Shown here in pieces: positions 25,071 to 27,914 of a DNA stretch of 27,914 bases. Under the pieces are notes generated by a model. It did not search any database. It saw only the letters and a list, made by a program, of their open reading frames with translations, and had not been told where the DNA came from. Location of the stretch: the NCBI GenBank assembly GCA_016840095.1, contig JAEOSZ010000077.1, forward strand, positions 1 to 27,914, given 5' to 3'. This DNA comes from Candidatus Heimdallarchaeota archaeon. GTDB lineage: Archaea > Asgardarchaeota > Heimdallarchaeia > Heimdallarchaeales > Heimdallarchaeaceae. Position 1 is the first letter of the stretch. Every line of letters begins with the position of its first letter. Made by a program: the position numbers and the translations under genes.

Positions 25071-26375
25071 ATGGATGCTTTAGAAAAAATAGGAAAACAT
25101 ATGCTTGTAGATGGATATCCATTAGTATTAGATTTAAAAAAGAGCCATGGTTGCAGATTAGTTGATAAGAAGACAGATAAAACATATCTAGATTTCTTTT
25201 CATTCTTTGCTTCTTCTCCTGTAGGGATGAATCATCCTGATATGATGGATAAAGAGTGGTTAAAGCATTTAGCTGAAGTAGCTGTAAATAAACCCAGTTG
25301 TTCAGACTTTTATACAGATGAAATGGCTGACTTTGTATCTACATTTAGCAGAGTAGGAATACCAGAAGAATTACCTAATCTTTTCATTATTTCTGGAGGA
25401 GCTTTAGCTGTTGAAAATGCTCTTAAAACAGCTTTCGATTGGAAAGTAAGGAAGAATTTTACAAAAGGATTTGAAGATGAAGTTGGAAGCAAAGTAATTC
25501 ATTTTGAACAATCATTTCATGGACGATCTGGATATACTTTAAGCTTAACAAATACTTTCGATCCTAAGAAAACAAAGTACTTCCCTAAGTTTAATTGGCC
25601 AAGAGTTTCTAACCCTAAAGTCACTTTCCCAATAGATGAAAATTTTGAGCAAATTGTTATTGCAGAAGAGAAGAGTTGTCAAGAAATACATGATGCAATT
25701 GAGAAGTATGGAGATGATATTGCTTGTATTCTAATTGAACCTATACAAGCCGAAGGAGGAGATAACCATTTCAGACCACAATTCTTCCAGAAACTTAGGA
25801 AGATGGCAGATACTCATGATATTCTACTCATTTATGATGAAATTCAAACTGGTGTTGGTATGACAGGTAAATTCTGGGCATACGAACATTTTGGTGATGC
25901 TAAACCTGATATTCTCAGTTTCGGGAAGAAGACACAAGTTTGTGGTATTTTAGCTTCAAATAAAATTAAAGAAGTTGAAAACAATGTCTTCGAAGAGAGT
26001 AGCAGAATTAACTCAACTTGGGGTGGAAATCTTACTGATCTGTTTAGGTTTACTAAGTATTTAGAAATTATTGAGAAAGAGAAACTTGTAGACAATGCTG
26101 CTAAAATGGGAGACTATATGTTAAAGCAAATTAAGGAAATGCAAGCAGACTTTCCAGATAAAATTTCTAATTCAAGAGGTTTGGGATTAATCATAGCATT
26201 TGATTTAGAATCGACTGAAATTCGAGATCAAATCAAAAAAGATTCTTATGCAAAGGAACTTCTTCTACTTGGCTGTGGAGAAAAGACCATTCGATTTAGA
26301 CCTTATCTCAATGTTACTCCAGAAGAAATAGACGAAGGAATGACTATTCTCCGTGAAGTAATTAAGAACCTTTAA
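25071..26375 (+). CDS. lat: L-lysine 6-aminotransferase
   Basis: HMLVDG, FFASSPVGMNHP, GALAVENALKTAFDWK, FHGRSGYTLSLTNT, EPIQAEGGD, FGKKTQVCG and SSRINSTWGGN. Confidence 0.92.
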   Translation: MDALEKIGKHMLVDGYPLVLDLKKSHGCRLVDKKTDKTYLDFFSFFASSPVGMNHPDMMDKEWLKHLAEVAVNKPSCSDFYTDEMADFVSTFSRVGIPEELPNLFIISGGALAVENALKTAFDWKVRKNFTKGFEDEVGSKVIHFEQSFHGRSGYTLSLTNTFDPKKTKYFPKFNWPRVSNPKVTFPIDENFEQIVIAEEKSCQEIHDAIEKYGDDIACILIEPIQAEGGDNHFRPQFFQKLRKMADTHDILLIYDEIQTGVGMTGKFWAYEHFGDAKPDILSFGKKTQVCGILASNKIKEVENNVFEESSRINSTWGGNLTDLFRFTKYLEIIEKEKLVDNAAKMGDYMLKQIKEMQADFPDKISNSRGLGLIIAFDLESTEIRDQIKKDSYAKELLLLGCGEKTIRFRPYLNVTPEEIDEGMTILREVIKNL

Positions 26376-26384
26376 ACTCTCCAC

Positions 26385-26401
26385 TTTTTCTCTTATTTTT
26401 T
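26385..26401 (+). terminator. Oligo-T terminator
   Basis: T-rich tract after the lat stop. Confidence 0.45.
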
Positions 26402-26468
26402 CATTACTTTTGAGCTTTGAAGCTAAAACTTATATGTTCAAATCCAATGAAGAGGGCAAGGTGAAAAT

Positions 26469-27380
26469 ATGCCTCTGGTCGAATGTGTACCAAATTTCAG
26501 CGAAGGAAGAAATCAAGAGATTGTCGACCAAATCGTTGATGCCATCCAAAAGGGTGGAAAAATTATTATGTTAGATAGCAGAATGGATCCTGATCACAAT
26601 AGGGCAGTCATTTCATTTATCGGTGAACCTGAAGAGTGTGTCAATGCTGCTTTTGCAGGATGCAAGAAAGCTGCTGAATTAATAGATATGAATGAGCATG
26701 AAGGTGAACATAACCGTTTCGGTTCAACAGATGTTATACCATTCATACCAGTTTCAGATATAACTCTAGAAGAATGTGCTGCACTAGCTCATAAACTTGG
26801 AGGAAGGATATCTAAAGAGCTCAAAATTCCTGTTTTCTATTATGGAGCAGCTGCAAAAGATCCTTCTAGAGCAGTTCTTCAGAATTACAGAACAAAATCT
26901 TTCCAATATGAACAGTTGAAAGAGGAAATAGCAACAAATGATGCCTATAAACCTGATGCTGGATCACGTAAAGTCCATGCCAAAGCAGGAGCAACAAATA
27001 TTGGAGCAAGAGAATTCTTAGTTGCTTATAACATCTATTTAGATACCAAAGATATGGAAGTAGCAAAGAAAATAGCTAGAAACATCAGACATTCTGGTGG
27101 AGGATTAAGATACATTCAAGCTGGTGCTATGAATATCGAAGAACGAGGTGTGGTTCAAGTTAGTATGAATATAACTAATTTTAGAGGAACACCTCTTCAA
27201 AGAGTATTTGATATGGTTAAAAATGAAGCGAACAGATTTGGTGTCAATGTAACAGAATCTGAAGTTTATGGAATGATACCATTGGATGCTCTCCTAGATG
27301 CAGCTGAATTCTATTTGCAATTAAATAATTTTGATAGAGATCAAATAATCGAAAAAAGAATTTTTTCAAAAGGTGAATAA
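26469..27380 (+). CDS. ftcD: Glutamate formimidoyltransferase
   Basis: LVECVPNFSEGR, DPDHNR, HEGEHNRFG, GAREFLVAYN and VQVSMN. GGTGA Shine-Dalgarno at 26460-64. Confidence 0.95.
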   Translation: MPLVECVPNFSEGRNQEIVDQIVDAIQKGGKIIMLDSRMDPDHNRAVISFIGEPEECVNAAFAGCKKAAELIDMNEHEGEHNRFGSTDVIPFIPVSDITLEECAALAHKLGGRISKELKIPVFYYGAAAKDPSRAVLQNYRTKSFQYEQLKEEIATNDAYKPDAGSRKVHAKAGATNIGAREFLVAYNIYLDTKDMEVAKKIARNIRHSGGGLRYIQAGAMNIEERGVVQVSMNITNFRGTPLQRVFDMVKNEANRFGVNVTESEVYGMIPLDALLDAAEFYLQLNNFDRDQIIEKRIFSKGE

Positions 27381-27381
27381 A

Positions 27382-27914
27382 ATGGGTGAAATGTTAATAG
27401 ACAAAGTTATTACAGATTTCTTAGATGAATTGGCCAGTGATGCCCCCGCACCAGGTGGTGGCGCTGCAGCTTGTATTGCTGGAGCAATGGGTGCTGCACT
27501 AGGTTCAATGGTTGCCAGACTTACAATTGGTAAGCAAGGTTATGAAGATGTTGAAGAATTTTTCAAAGCAAAGCTAGAAAAGACTGAAGCTCTCCGTGTC
27601 AAACTAACTGAATTAACAGATAAGGATGCAAACGCTTTCAGTGGAGTTATCAAAGCTTTTGGAATGCCAAAAGAAACTGAAGAAGAAAAAGCAGCTCGTT
27701 CAGCAAAAATTTTAGCAGAATACAAAGTTGCTGCAGAAGTTCCTCTTGAAACAGTTAAAGCTTGTAAAGAAGTGATTGATCTACATCTTGAGATGGGAAC
27801 TAAAGGTAACAAACAAGCTCTCTCTGACATTGGTGTTGGTGCTCTCTGTGCTTTAACTGGTCTTAAATCTGCTATGCATAATGTTGAAATCAATCTAGGT
27901 TGGATTAAAAACAA
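27382..27914 (+). CDS. Formiminotetrahydrofolate cyclodeaminase/cyclohydrolase (FTCD_C), truncated by window end
   Basis: Not in the ORF track. Manual translation: MGEMLIDKVITDFLDELASDAPAPGGGAAA...MVARLTIGK...AEVPLE...GNKQALSD...NVEINL. GGTGA Shine-Dalgarno at 27372-76. Confidence 0.93.
   Translation, partial: MGEMLIDKVITDFLDELASDAPAPGGGAAACIAGAMGAALGSMVARLTIGKQGYEDVEEFFKAKLEKTEALRVKLTELTDKDANAFSGVIKAFGMPKETEEEKAARSAKILAEYKVAAEVPLETVKACKEVIDLHLEMGTKGNKQALSDIGVGALCALTGLKSAMHNVEINLGWIKN

Noticed and set aside
27540-27914. 124-aa minus-strand ORF
   Set aside because: Antisense shadow of the plus-strand cyclodeaminase starting at 27382.
1-27914. tRNA, rRNA, CRISPR arrays, transposases or integrases
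   Set aside because: No cloverleaf, regularly spaced repeats or recombinase motifs noticed by eye; tRNAscan-SE and cmscan would confirm.

Overview
AT-rich archaeal window with TATA-like boxes about 25-35 nt before leaderless starts, GGTGA Shine-Dalgarno motifs and oligo-T terminators. It is most likely from an Asgard archaeon; this is inferred from an Arf/Sar1-like GTPase fused to a longin-like domain, a longin-DENN/folliculin-like protein and an RdhA-like enzyme. About 24 CDSs are supported, two of them truncated at the window edges and missing from the ORF track. They comprise: three secreted proteins with PEF-CTERM-like anchors (NosD/beta-helix protein, 8-repeat aromatic Ig-like protein, M14 carboxypeptidase); a eukaryotic-signature-like block (folliculin-like longin-DENN protein, three 2-TM hairpin proteins, GTPase-longin fusion); amino-acid catabolism genes (SDR-type threonine dehydrogenase, lysine 6-aminotransferase, split FTCD, ADP-forming acyl-CoA synthetase alpha, MFS transporter); and unusual enzymes (class III aminotransferase-SCP2 fusion, GuaB-like protein that looks like a CBS-type GMP reductase, doubly degenerate Nudix-MBL protein, RLI-type ferredoxin-RdhA fusion, type III polyketide synthase). 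A GC-rich structured island at about 23.28-23.39 kb is a candidate ncRNA. No tRNA, rRNA, CRISPR array or transposase was seen. All family calls are from motif recognition by eye; no searches were run.
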